DNA of 54,779 nt from the NCBI GenBank assembly GCA_031763465.1, contig JARFOE010000080.1, positions 8,978,117-9,032,895 of the forward strand. Reading direction: 5' to 3'. A model generated the notes under the pieces. That model was not told the DNA's origin. It ran no database searches and worked only from the letters and a program-made list of their open reading frames with translations. Each line of letters opens with the position of its first letter. Position 1 is the first letter of the stretch. This document shows positions 12,762 to 25,300 of the stretch, in pieces. A program made the position numbers and the translations under genes. The stretch is from Squatina squatina. Taxonomy: Eukaryota.

Positions 12762-13108
12762 AAGAAAGAAAAACTAGCATTTATACAGCACCTTTCATGA
12801 CCGCAGGACATTCCAAAGCGCTTTACAGGCAATGAAGTATTTTTGAAGTGTAGACACTGTTGTAATGTAGGAAACATGACAACCAATTTGCACACAGCAG
12901 GGTCCCACAAACAGCAATAAGATAATGACCAGATAATCAGTTTTTTTTTAAATGATCATACTTAAGGGAGACTCCGCTGCTTTTCTTCTAAACAGTGCCA
13001 TAGGATCTTTCACATCACATGAGAGGGCAGACGGGGCCTCGCTTTAAGGCCTCATCCTAGATTTTGTGCTCAAGTTGCTGGAGTGGGACTTGAACCCTCA
13101 ACCTTCTG
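12762..13108 (-). mobile_element. DeuSINE (SacSINE1-like) copy
   Basis: Reverse complement of the core ttgctgtttgtggga..ttgctgtg..caaattgg..cctacattacaacagtg..acttcaaaa..cattg..tgtaaagcgcttt, also seen at 14860-15130, 21490-21775 and 25410-25510. Confidence 0.8.
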
Positions 13109-14635
13109 NNNNNNNNNNACGGTAGTGCTTCCAAAATGGTGGACAATGACCCATCACGCTGTTGTCACTGTTGTTGTGGCTGTGGCAATATTTCCCTGGG
13201 CCTACCATTGGGTGGCAAGAATGGCCCCTGCGTCAGGTAGTAGGCCAATTTAAAATCCTAACCAGAGTCCCTTAATGTACATAGGATTCCAATTGCCATT
13301 TTTGGATGGAGCAGGCTCTGACCAATATCAGCTGGTAGCCTGGTCAATTAACATCCCAAAGGTGAGTTCCTTCATCTCTTGGTTAGGCTAGGAGGAGCCC
13401 TTCCAGGCTGCACAAATCCTCAAGTGGGCCATTACTATCAGGCTCATCCCCACCCTCGAAACATCGGAGCTCCTCCTCAACGGGCCTACCAGCTTTCTCC
13501 CAGAAGTCAACCAGGAGACCGGATATTGCGGTGGGTGGGAGCTGGCAGGCTGCCTCAGNNNNNNNNNNNNNNNNNNNNNNNNNNNNNNNNNNNNNNNNNN
13601 NNNNNNNNNNNNNNNNNNNNNNNNNNNNNNNNNNNNNNNNNNNNNNNNNNNNNNNNNNTGGATATTCACAGAATAGCTTAAAGCCAATCGATTGTCCATG
13701 TTTTCTTTTTAAAAGTAAACTACATGCCAAATCACTGATTACCATCTGAGGTTTTACCAATGATGACAGATTGGATTTATCCTTTAGATTGGAAATAAGA
13801 GAAGAGCTGCGCATCCTTTAAATGTACTAGAATAACAAGAGAATTTTCTATGAAAATCATAGAATTAGCTCCTCAGCAACCCCATTGGTGGGCACAAAGT
13901 GCTGTTGTATTACATGAATTTTCTTTTGTCACTTCTTTTCTTTCTCTCCATTTCAACTGTTGCCCAAAACAAATGATTAAACTCAGGGTGTGAGGGGCCA
14001 TTTACTGTAACATCAGTCATCATAAAGGCTCTGAAATTTCAGATCCCTGTCCCTTTTTGGAGCCACAGCTCACCTCGGTAGATTAAACCTTTTCACCCAC
14101 AAGCAAGGAAATGTTGGCCTCTGGCACTAACTGGCTTGTACTATGTCTGTATTGTTGCATTTCTGATTAAATGTTTACAGATAGGCTGATAAAAACTCTT
14201 TCCAGTGATAAAGAATTCTTTCCACTACCTAATAGAACAGAACAAACATATTAGCATTGAATAGGAATTTGTAAAATGTTCCACACCGTAAAGTATGACG
14301 TAAATGAATATTTTTCTATGTGTCGTTGGTAAGGTTTATGCAGGTACAAGGAGTGAGGCCATTTTCCTTCTACTCAATGCTTGTGACTTCTGAACTTACA
14401 CACTGTACTATGTATTTTAAGCATTTGTCACAAGGTTGAGGAAGATTTATAGCTCCATGTCTTGTTGGATATGAAAAAGTAAATTTATAATGTGTTGAAA
14501 GTCCTGTGTATAGTATGCATTTACTTTCTGTAACATTTTCCAGGTCATATTTTTCCCCATCACAATCTCGTGACTCACCATGAGCAAAGCCAATAAATCT
14601 GTAAGCATGTGTTCATAATCTGGTCTTACTATTAA

Positions 14636-15134
14636 AAGAAAAAGACCTTGCATTATATAGCACATTTCATGACCTCAGGTCATCCTGTTCCCCTTAATTG
14701 TTTTGGGGAGCATGGCTTCTTTAAGGAGCTGTGCAGTCCATTCAAAATACCGCGCCTGCGCGATTTCTCCTATTGAAAAGTCAGAGAGCCTGCTTCGCCG
14801 GAGGTCCAAGGTGTTGCGTAGTCACGTGGTCACGCAGCTTAAAGAGAACATTGCCCAAACTGCTTTACAGCAAAAGAAGTACTTTTGATTAGTCATCACT
14901 GTTGTAATATAGGGGTATGCGCCAGACAATTTGCACACATCAAGGTCCCAAAAACAGCAATGAGATAATGGTGAGACAAGCTGCTTCCAATGATATTGGG
15001 CGAGGGATAAATACTGGCCAGGGCACTGGGTGAACTCCCGTGCTCTTCTACAAATAATGCCATGGGATCTTTTACATTCACATGAGAGAGCAGATTGAGC
15101 CTCAGCTGAACATATTAGTTGAAAGACAGTGCAG
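14636..15134 (-). mobile_element. DeuSINE copy interrupted by an ~170-bp insertion
   Basis: SINE tail at 14636-14685 resumes at 14854 (cccaaactgctttacag) after an inserted element. Confidence 0.7.
14683..14853. mobile_element. MITE (hAT-like termini) nested in the SINE
   Basis: Imperfect TIRs tgttccccttaa / ttaaagagaacattg; the segment is absent from the other SINE copies in the window. Confidence 0.55.
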
Positions 15135-16372
15135 NNNNNNNNNNNNNNNNNNNNNNNNNNNNNNNNNNNNNNNNNNNNNNNNNNNNNNNNNNNNNNNNNN
15201 NNNNNNNNNNNNNNNNNNNNNNNNNNNNNNNNNNTCAGCTGTATCACTTTGATGTTTTCCAGATTAATGGACCCCACAATTAAAAGTAATGAGCATGCAT
15301 TCGCGGGGCCCACATTTCGCGCCCAAGCCCAATTCCCCCAATACCCACTTCTGCCGTCCGAAGTTAGTGTCTCAGAAGTAATTTATTCAACTGGTGATTA
15401 TATTAATGGGGGAGTTATTTTAGGGAGAGAAGGAGCCCAGAAAACAGCTCTCTTCTGTTACTTTTGCACAACATCCCACACAACCAATGCAATGTCATTT
15501 ATGAGATGTCAACAGATCAGCCATCTACCCCACACATAATGAGAAACAGTGGGAAAGTGAAAACATTCCTAACTGCTTTGCAGGGGAGAGAATGGTCTCT
15601 CTGATAATGATTTGGAAAAACAGAGCAGTCAAGTAGATTAGTAACATATGCATATTGTTTTATCTCTGTGTGCAAGTTTGTTTATGAATGTAATGTGATT
15701 CATGTATTTGTGCATGCTTGGCTCTATGCTCAGAATTGTTTTGCCTGAAGGCAGATAGTGTTGGGTAAACAAATGATCTCTTATTGCACTTTCACCTTGT
15801 CAGTCAACAGTCTCTGCTACTTCCTGTAAACAAGCACATCTTAAATATAAAATTACCTTGTGTTATTCAGGCTTTTGTAGTTAAAAAAAAACATGCACTA
15901 AGAGAAGGAAACATTCATTACTCCACACCATGACAGGCCAATCGAGCACGCTAAATTTGTGACGCTCCTGGTTTTTGGTCATTCAAATGAATCATTGGAA
16001 AATCTGGAGAGTTGCAAATTGTGCATGCTGAATCCACAGCAAATTNNNNNNNNNNNNNNNNNNNNNNNNNNNNNNNNNNNNNNNNNNNNNNNNNNNNNNN
16101 NNNNNNNNNNNNNNNNNNNNNNNNNNNNNNNNNNNNNNNNNNNNNTGAAGTTAGTGGCTGTCCCCAGCATTGGCCTCTTGTAGCCCCATCAACATATACT
16201 GTAAAAACACACAGTTCCACAAATATTGCAACATCGACTTCTGTCTTATTTGGAAGTTGGCTTTGCAACATCACAGCTCTTTTGAAAATTCTTCACCTTC
16301 AGAAGGGCTGTACTGATGTATCCTTATGATTATTGTCTGCCTAAGCCTGCATTTCTACTGTCCTTTTTGTAG

Positions 16373-16448
16373 GGAGCATATCAGGAGCTACATGGATTAC
16401 CTGCGACAGACGAGCGTTTACCTTCAACAGCAACCCACGTACAAATAA
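16373..16448 (+). CDS. Candidate terminal coding exon of a small secreted protein (C3orf85-homologue-like)
   Basis: Acceptor ctactgtcctttttgtag|g, then EHIRSYMDYLRQTSVYLQQQPTYK*. Resembles my recollection of the C-terminus of fish C3orf85 homologues (E..R.YM..LR....L..Q); human C3orf85 and NECTIN3 are both on 3q13. Confidence 0.4.
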
Positions 16449-17498
16449 TTGCAAAGAATTGAAGGATTAAAAGGACGTCAAATGATTCTTGTCTTGTGAT
16501 TAATTCAGAGCAGACCGTGAAGGTCCATATATTATTGTCGTTGCTAATCAATCTGCCCTGACAGCATGGGAATACCTCTCTTGTAACAAAGCACAATGTA
16601 ACCACAGCTCAATGAACTTCAATTGTGCTAAGATCTATCCAGAGAAGGGGAATGCTTTAAGCATTGCCTGAAAAATGTTAATGTTAATGGTAAAAATTTT
16701 CACTGTGTTGTGGTATTACTTATCTGCGTATACTTAATTTTATTCTGAATGATTTATAATGTATTTTGTTGATTTTAGGTCTAACCTCAACGCTCTTTGA
16801 AATCCATGCCCACCTGAACATAATTCAGAAGTAGATACCCCTTCCTTCCAACTCCTAACTTTATCCCTCATTTTAATTTTGTTTTTGGGGTTCATATTTC
16901 CATCAAATTCACGACCAAACTAAACAAGTCTTGGTTTCAGACCAGCCTTATTAAACCAATGAAATCAGGATTAACAGGCTACTTGCCTGGATTTAGGGTC
17001 ATCCCTGCTGTTTGCCATGAGATTTTGAAAGCTTTGCAAGTCTCTTATGTCTCATAAATGCCAGCTGTCAAGTGTTCTTTTCATCCAAAGCCATCAGGAA
17101 TTCCCAAGTTATGCTTTGTTGACAGGAGGTGGAACCATGCTTTTATCTATTTAGAATGTAAATTTGGTTACTAAGTACACACAAAGTTTCTCTAACCTGT
17201 TGCAAAGAATGTCCTACCAGTAAACAGGCCGAAACTTCAAAGCAAAGATTTTCTGTTAACAGCTGTTAATTCTGATTTGTTGTCTGACTTGGTGCTAAGT
17301 CGGAAATATTGTTTTAAAAAAAAATGCTTTCAAAGACAGTTAACTGACCTACATTCTGTAAATGGTCTCCAAGTATGAAATAGATACTCCAAGACTTGNN
17401 NNNNNNNNNNNNNNNNNNNNNNNNNNNNNNNNNNNNNNNNNNNNNNNNNNNNNNNNNNNNNNNNNNNNNNNNNNNNNNNNNNNNNNNNNNNNNNNNNN

Positions 17499-17574
17499 TT
17501 GGAGGCAAAGTGAATGAAATTTTCTAATTCGGGGCAGGAGCAGGAAACGGCACCGATACAGTCATCAATGTACT
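17499..17574 (-). mobile_element. Penelope-like element RT fragment
   Basis: Translates YIDDCIGAVSCSCPELENFIHFAS: a YIDD catalytic motif followed by L..F..F. Confidence 0.65.
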
Positions 17575-17900
17575 GTACAATGTAGATAGAGGGAAACTGT
17601 TCCCATTGGCAGAAGGGTCGAGGACCAGAGGACAAGGATTTAAGGTGATTGGCAGAAGAACCAAAGGCGACATGAGGAAAAAAACTTTATTAATGCAGCG
17701 AGTGGTTATGATCTGATGAAGGCAGACTCACTCGTGGCTTTCAAAAGGGAATTAGATAAGTGCCTGAAGGAGAAGAAATTGCAGGGTTAGGGGAAAAGGG
17801 CAGGGGAGTGGGACTAGCTGAAGTGCTCTTGCAGAGAGCCGGCATGGACTCAATGAACCGAATGGCCACCTTCTGTGCTCTAACCATTGTATGATTCTAT
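17575..17900 (+). mobile_element. CR1-clade LINE 3' end with tail
   Basis: gtagatagagggaaactgttccca..gaggaccagaggaca..tttaaggtgattggc..gaatggccaccttctgtgctctaaccattgtatgattctatg. Confidence 0.8.
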
Positions 17901-18754
17901 GATAAAAGGGTGATGATGCAAAGCAAAAGCAGATGGTATTGGGGCAAGTAAAGAAACAAAACATGGATCTAGAGGGGGTGTTAATGGGAATATCAAAATC
18001 ATCAGCAACAGCTGTCAACCGAAAAAATGAAGCAGCCTTATGATCTGAAATTGTTGAACTTAAGGCTGAATCCAGAACTCAGAGGGTGCCACTGAAGTAT
18101 TGCAAAACAGCACTATATTTAACAATTGCAAACACACACAACGGGAAACCACGTGTAGAAAATTGTGCTCACTATGCCACGGTGAAGTACAGTCGTAAAT
18201 GTCGGAGGAAATCTGCAGGTGTGAGAAAGATAATGCAATATTTTGCCTGAGCGAGATTATCAACAATCTCAGGTTCGACTCAGGAGTGGGAAAACTAGGA
18301 TCGGGTGAACAAAAAGGGTCGGATCGCCAACTGTTGCATTTTGAATCTGCATTAACAACCAGCACTGACAGCTGCTGCCAAATGTACTAAAGAGCAATTT
18401 AACCCAATAATGATGGAGTAAGATGCTTTGAAAACTAAAGTTGCTATTTTCTGTCATTCGTTCGAACATTAACCATTGGATAAATAAAGGCATTTTCACC
18501 ACACACTTCTCTGGTTACAGCAATGGTTGTTGAGCAACTGTGTGTTGAGGAAAGCACTTGGCATGTTAATTTACAGAGTGACAACAGCTGCAGCACACAG
18601 ACGGTGAAAGAATCACCCTTCAAATAGAGCACACAGGCAGCAAGCTAATTATTTACCTTGTTCTGAAAGGCTGTGTTTGAGGAGAGCGCTTATCAGCAGT
18701 CACTTGTTGATGGAGCCATGACAGGGATTTTACAGAGGTATTTACAAACCAACT

Positions 18755-18836
18755 CTGTGTTTTCAGAATGGCAGGCAGTGACTCGTGGGGTACCGCAAGG
18801 CTCAGTGCTGGGACCCCAGTTATTTACAATATATAT
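18755..18836 (+). mobile_element. CR1 LINE RT fragment
   Basis: SEWQAVTRGVPQGSVLGPQLFTIY (RT PQG motif). Confidence 0.85.
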
Positions 18837-18936
18837 NNNNNNNNNNNNNNNNNNNNNNNNNNNNNNNNNNNNNNNNNNNNNNNNNNNNNNNNNNNNNNNN
18901 NNNNNNNNNNNNNNNNNNNNNNNNNNNNNNNNNNNN

Positions 18937-19015
18937 ATGGAGTCGGTGGTGAGGGACCGGAGTTTGTGGCAGGGACAAAAAAACAATGGATTTGGTCTTC
19001 CCAATATTTAATTGG
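18937..19015 (-). mobile_element. L2 LINE RT C-terminal fragment
   Basis: LQLNIGKTKSIVF (L.LN..KT motif). Confidence 0.6.
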
Positions 19016-20849
19016 AGAACATTTCTGTTCATCCAGAACAGAAATTTTGGCATAAAGAGAAGCAGGGTTTGTAGGGGGGAAACCAGTATTGATTGAATCT
19101 TCTGCTGGTGATATTGGGCAGTGTGAACAACCATCTGCCTGAATTGAAAATTGGCCCCATTGGGTTCATGACTGTTTTCTCCATCAACATGTTGCTGCTC
19201 CAACAAGGAAGGACTTGATTTAGTTCTGGGTAATGGATGAAGCAACCTAAGAGTAGTGAACATTTCAAACAACGCTTGATTTAGTTAGATTTAGTGCAAT
19301 AATTGAAAAAGAAACATTAAAGACAAGGGTACTGGACTGGGGGAAATAAAAACTAATTTATAGTGGATACAAAGGGTCCTTGCCCAGATTAAATGGAAGG
19401 AAAAATAGGCAGATAGATCTATAGATCAGTATAGGAACTGTTTAAATAAAGAATGGAAGGAATGAATTATTCCAGTCAGGGAAAAACAGAAGTGTGTCAA
19501 AATCTGGGGATTCATGGATGAATAGAAAGACATAATCAGCTATCAAACTGAAAATACATATAGCACTTACAGAGCAGATAGTAATTGGAAAAATCTCATC
19601 AGAACTTTCAAAGCTGATGGTGATTATTCAGCAAGATATAAGGTCACTGTATTTGTATCGCTATCTACTCTTCTTCATAAAGATAATAGCTAACTGGGGC
19701 ATTGAATCAAATCAGGCAGAATGCAGCTCATATGCATAGTAACCTCACTTTAAGCACAACGTCACATCTAATTTTCAAGAGGGAAATCATTTTTACGACC
19801 TCGGAGAAGACTGTGGTAGCTTTAGACACTTGGCCGAAGTGAATGTGACAGGTCGCACATTGGTGAATGCGTTTGTGTCAGTTTATTGGTTATTATTGAC
19901 AAAACAGTAAGAATACAAAGACAGGTAATAGTAAAAGTGAATAGCAATCTTTTACCACACACAATTACATGACTGGTATCTTTCTCTTTTAATTATAAAA
20001 CTCTTACTAATGAACATGATTCCCAAACCCACAGCAATGGGTGTGGAACTACAGATTGAGTTTGAAGTTCAACATCATTTTCAAAGTTATTCAATGAAAT
20101 ATTTAACAATGAAATGGCAGGACCTGGTTAAGAGTACTATTAGTGCCAAGGAAACTTCCCAGCCTACTCAGTGAAAATAACCAGCACTAACCTCACCTCA
20201 GAAAAAAGAGCAACTAACACCTGATCATGACACCGTGAACCAGGGGTATGAATTATTTACTGGATGAGCAGATGGAACAGTTTCTAATACATGATAGAAG
20301 TACACTTTATAACCAGGAATTGCATGGCTCTTTTATCAGACTTCGCAACAAACACATTGAAAGACATGGAAAAGAACCATTTAATTTCACCACTGAATGC
20401 AATACGATTCTCAGCAAATCTAATCTCTCTATGTGAAAAAAAATCCTCAGGAGAAGAATCTGAGCCAACAATGCAGTCTATGTTCCAGTCTATTGAAAGG
20501 TACCAAAGCACGAAAAACAGCAATATTCAATTACACCACGTGAGCACTTCACAAAACATGACATCTCAAGAGCCAAGCTATTGCAATTAAAGCAGCTTGG
20601 AATAGCTACAGAGAATAAAAGCTACTGACAAATCTTAAAGGTGTAAAAGAAAATCCGTATAAGATTAAACCTCAGAACACACATTCCACAAGCTTATTCT
20701 AACTGATGCTATCTACGTATAGCACAATGGAAAATCACAATCTCAAATGTAGAGACAAGGAACTGAAATAGGGTACAGAATGAAAAGCCATATTTAGAAA
20801 ATGTGAGAGAATGATTTCAGAAACTGCCATCAACGAAAACCCTCAGTCA

Positions 20850-20925
20850 AGGGCCGTGAGGTGATGCTGCAACTGTACAGGACCTTGGTGAGGCCACATT
20901 TGGAGGACTGTGTGCAGTTCTGGTC
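20850..20925 (+). mobile_element. CR1 LINE ORF2 fragment
   Basis: EVMLQLYRTLVRPHLEDCVQFW. Confidence 0.85.
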
Positions 20926-21176
20926 NNNNNNNNNNNNNNNNNNNNNNNNNNNNNNNNNNNNNNNNNNNNNNNNNNNNNNNNNNNNNNNNNNNNNNNNNNN
21001 NNNNNNNNNNNNNNNNNNNNNNNNNATCTTTCTAATCTTTGAGGCTTCAAGATCAAACTACAATACATTTCTATATTGTGCCACTGGGGAAGTTTCCATT
21101 AGCTTTACTTTTTAAGGAAGTGTGGGGAAGAGAATTTTTGCTATCAAATTTTATAACCATTTACTTTTCTTTATAG

Positions 21177-21486
21177 GTGCCTTGGCTGGACCAGTTGTTG
21201 TTGATCGGAAAATATCTGCAATCTTGGGCAAAAATGTCACCTTAAAGTGTTTGGTTACGGTGAAAGAAACTGTAACTCAGATCTCCTGGGAGAAGCAAGA
21301 ACATGGGACCACAAATACTGTTGCAGTGTTTCACCCTATTTATGGAATCTCATTTCAAGGGAACTATCCAGGAAGAGCTGCATTCACAAATCCATCCTTA
21401 AAAGATGCAACAATTCTTATTACCAAAGTTGGATTTTCAGATTCTGGGAACTTGCAAGTTTGTAAAAAACGGTGACCTTTCCCACA
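21177..21486 (+). CDS. NECTIN3: Nectin-3 Ig V-domain exon (3' end disrupted)
   Basis: Acceptor ttttctttatag|gt, then GALAGPVVVDRKISAILGKNVTLKCLVTVKETVTQISWEK...DATILITKVGFSDSG, matching nectin-3 D1. A frameshift precedes VTFP and SINE sequence follows instead of a donor. Confidence 0.9.
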
Positions 21487-21775
21487 GATTGCAGACATCA
21501 AACTGAGGCTCCAGCTGCGTATTCAGGTGGACGACAAACATTCCACGGCATGATTCAAGGAGCAGGCAAATACTCTTGGTGTCTGGGCCAATATTAATCC
21601 CTCAAATAACACTATCTCATTTGCTGTTTGTGGGATCTTGCTCTGCTCAAATTGGCCTCCAAATTTGCCTGCTTAACAGCAGTGACTGCAGTTCAAAGGT
21701 AATCCATGGACCGCAAAGCACTTTGGGACATCCTGAGGATGTGAAAGGTGTTATATAAATACGAGTTCTTTTTAT
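21487..21775 (+). mobile_element. DeuSINE copy (5'-truncated) abutting the NECTIN3 exon
   Basis: agacatcaaactgaggc..tcaggtggacg..ttgctgtttgtgggatcttgct..aaagcactttgggacatcctgagga.gtgaaaggtgttatataaat. Confidence 0.8.
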
Positions 21776-22317
21776 ATATGCCTCCACTCATAAATCGAGA
21801 CCCACCCCTCCCCTCCCCAGTCTCTCTTTTCCTTAAGATACTGGGGATGAAATTGAACTTTGGTGGAGGCGCAAAATGAGCGGTAGCAAATTGACCTTCA
21901 CTATACAGCCCGCCCAATATTCCTTTCCATTGAACTTCTGCTTCATCACTTTGGTACTTCGCCNNNNNNNNNNNNNNNNNNNNNNNNNNNNNNNNNNNNN
22001 NNNNNNNNNNNNNNNNNNNNNNNNNNNNNNNNNNNNNNNNNNNNNNNNNNNNNNNNNNNNNNNATTCCCTGATTTGATACTCCCAGATATGATATATTAC
22101 TGGTGGAATATTAGATGGGGAATCGTTGACCCACAGCCCCTGGTTTTGCTTACTTTAATTTAAATGGTTATAAAACCAGGCGATGGGCACAAGATTAGCC
22201 CTTTTCAAATTAAAATAAATTGATCTATTTTTAATCACCAGCACTTGGTGATTGTAATTAAGTTTAGCGTATAGGAGATACCTGCTCCAACAGTTAACAT
22301 GTGATGATTTGTTCCAG

Positions 22318-22435
22318 ATGCGCCTGAAGTTACTGTGATGGGCTATGATGGAAACTGGTTTGTTGGCAGACAAAATGTGCAACTCAAATGTAAAGCTGAT
22401 GCAAACCCATCGCCTTCTGCATACATATGGAGCAG
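22318..22435 (+). CDS. NECTIN3: Nectin-3 exon, first half of third Ig (C2) domain
   Basis: ttccag|at..ag|gtatg; translates APEVTVMGYDGNWFVGRQNVQLKCKADANPSPSAYIWSR. Not in the ORF track. Confidence 0.93.
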
Positions 22436-23554
22436 GTATGTATGTAACTAACTTGTACAGTATTAACTACTTATGACCAGTCTCCAGGTATTTTTAAGTG
22501 TGATAGCACACAATTACAATAGATCACATGCAGAAATAATTGATCAAGAGTTTGCGATTTTTATATCCAATAAGAGACTTGCTAGCTTCAGGGTGTCAGT
22601 GGTGAATGAGTTATGGTTAGCGCCATAAGGGAATGATAGCTTTTATCCTAGTTTCCTCATGCATTCTATTTGTGCTACAGATGAATTAACTTAAAATTAT
22701 AATAAAGATTATTTGAAGATTTAAACAGAATGCATGAATTTTAATGGAAAACTTTCCTTCACCTCCCTTTCCCTCACTTCCCATCCTGATGCATTGTGCA
22801 GTCTATTCAGTCATGACCTAATGATGAAATACAAAATACTTCATGGAGATGGTGATGTTGCCATGGTACATGTGCAACTGATCCTTCGTTATAGTAATGC
22901 AATTCTAAGAATCTTATTAGACAGCAAATAGAAACTCATAATGTTTACAGTTAGGGCTACTTTTTATTTTGATAAGCGAGTTAAATTGGCATTTATATTA
23001 AATTTTGCATGGAACAGTTTTTGCCGTTAAGTGAGAAACATTTTTTTTATTTGTAGTTTCTCTTTGTTGTTATTATTACCACCAACAGTTCATAACCGGG
23101 AAACAAGTTGGAACAATCATCAACTTAGTTCATGCAGAAAAGTTCCATTAAACATAGTATCAAAAGTCACAACTATCTAAAACCAAAGAAGAATTCTCAA
23201 TGTTCTGCTTCAATTGTGAAAAGAAAATTGTGTTCAGTAGATTAATAAAATGTTTTGCCTTTAGTGTTTCAAAGTTGTTGAGATTTTAGACGTTAATTCA
23301 GGTACACCCCTTGCTTTCTCTTTCTCTTTTATCCAATTTAAAGCTTAAAAGCTTCATAATTAGAATTATGGGTTGTGAATTAGAAGTAATAATAGCAACC
23401 TGGGCGGGACTGGAACCAATGTCCTGGGGGGGAGTGTTTGCTAGTGCTGTTGGGNNNNNNNNNNNNNNNNNNNNNNNNNNNNNNNNNNNNNNNNNNNNNN
23501 NNNNNNNNNNNNNNNNNNNNNNNNNNNNNNNNNNNNNNNNNNNNNNNNNNNNNN

Positions 23555-23768
23555 TGCTCCGGGGTGAAAACTGGTCGGTGCGCACGGTGATGATGTCGCC
23601 ATCGCAGGCGCAGTGGACCGGGGCGCTACCGGTTACCGCGCTGCTAAACTCCCACTGAATTTCACAGGAGTTATCGGCAGTGCCCCGCCTGGGCGAAAAG
23701 TCATTTGTTCCCCATTAGTGCCACCCGGGGCACTAACGGGAGGCGCAAACAGCCTGAATTTCTCCCCC
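23555..23768. mobile_element. GC-rich Harbinger-type MITE, 3' part
   Basis: CpG-rich, ends cctgaatttctccccc like the terminus at 42733-42748. Confidence 0.55.
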
Positions 23769-23835
23769 AAAGTCTTCTTGTCAGGGAAAAGTGCTAAAGT
23801 GCAGTTCTACTAAATCAAGGAGAAATGAATACTTC

Positions 23836-24375
23836 AGATATGATGAAACAATTAATCAACAACGCCAGTAACCTCAACCACACCTCTCCAGTCACCAACA
23901 ATTCCATGCTCCTTACTTTTCCTCTATCACTGACATCACATTGTCCTCTTTCTGCCAACACAGAAATAAAAGCCACCAGAAAATGCACATTCCAATCCAA
24001 ATTTATAAATTCAATCATGACATAATGTATTCAAAAATAAACTAATCATCTTTGTGCCACTTCCGTGTGCCTTTTCCTCTCCTAGTGCTCCTACGAGGAG
24101 CTTCCCCANNNNNNNNNNCCAGTGACTGCAGCATAGGTGATGGAAGGCTACTGACCTTCAACTGAGGAAACTGCAGATGGCCTTGGGGGACAACCTTGAG
24201 CAGCTCTGGGCCCAGAAGGCCCAGCTTCAGACTGCACCATCTCGGCCTAAACTGCAGCAGTTTGGGCTGGATGGCTAACAGGCGACAGCAAGAGCATTGG
24301 CAGAGTAGCACGGGCAGGAGCATAAATGTTCCCATCCTGAGAGAAGGCAGCAGGTTTGTACTCCATGGAGCCACT
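23836..24375. mobile_element. Internal fragment of a second Harbinger copy
   Basis: Colinear with 31890-32360 (agtaacctcaaccaca, tttcctctatcactgac, gaaaatgcacattccaatccaaatttataaattc, catcctgagaga). Confidence 0.8.
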
Positions 24376-24712
24376 NNNNNNNNNNNNNNNNNNNNNNNNN
24401 NNNNNNNNNNNNNNNNNNNNNNNNNNNNNNNNNNNNNNNNNNNNNNNNNNNNNNNNNNNNNNNNNNNNNNNNNNNCAACTTTCCATTGTGAAGGGTGGTT
24501 GTATAAAATGAAAATTTGAGATATTTTCAAATGTAAATGAATAGAACTTGCCTGACATCTTCAGTGTTCTGAACTTTCTTTCTACATTCTACTAAAATAA
24601 AGCAATTAGCTGATTGAGGATGACAAACTATTAACTTGTCATGTTGTAGGATCGATGTATATGTGTTCATTGCTTTTCTGTCTCTGTCCGTCCCTACCCC
24701 ATTTCCAATTAG

Positions 24713-25300
24713 ATCCTCCTACTACTACCCCGCTGTCTACAACTGCACCACCAATTTACTCAACGGCGGGCATCACAAGTTTACCTGCTTATACGCAGAG
24801 GCTCCCAATTCCTCCGTCAACCCTGGAATCTGTGAAGAATGACAATTTAGGAACTATCATCGGAGGTGTGGTTGGTGGCACTCTCTTTCTCATGCTTGTG
24901 GTCATCATCATTGTAATGTTTTACTTGAGACGCCGGCGTACCTTCCGAGGGGACTACTACACGAAGCAGTATGTTGGAACTACAGAAATGCAGAAGGACT
25001 CCCAATTGGATGTTTTACAGTCAAATCGCATTGAGCCGTACACTGATTATGAGAAAAGTGAACGGAAGCTTGATCCAAACAACATATTCCAGGATTATCC
25101 CATAGAGGTGCAGAAAAGTGAATGGCGAAATGAGGACAATATAAATAACAGGTATACTGAAGGTGTGGAGATACCCATCGACTATTACGAAGATCGAAAA
25201 ATTCCCAATGTATCTCAGTATGTGCATGATGACTACTATGATGAAAATGAAGATGACCTCGTTTCACACTTAGACGGTTCAATAATTTCTCGCCGGGAGT
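24713..25300 (+). CDS. NECTIN3: Nectin-3 alpha terminal exon (stalk, TM, cytoplasmic tail; last codons in gap)
   Basis: ttag|atcct; DPPTTT..TIIGGVVGGTLFLMLVVIIIVMFYL RRRRTFRGDY..YDENEDDLVSHLDGSIISRRE. The expected afadin-binding WYV end is cut by the gap. Confidence 0.95.
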
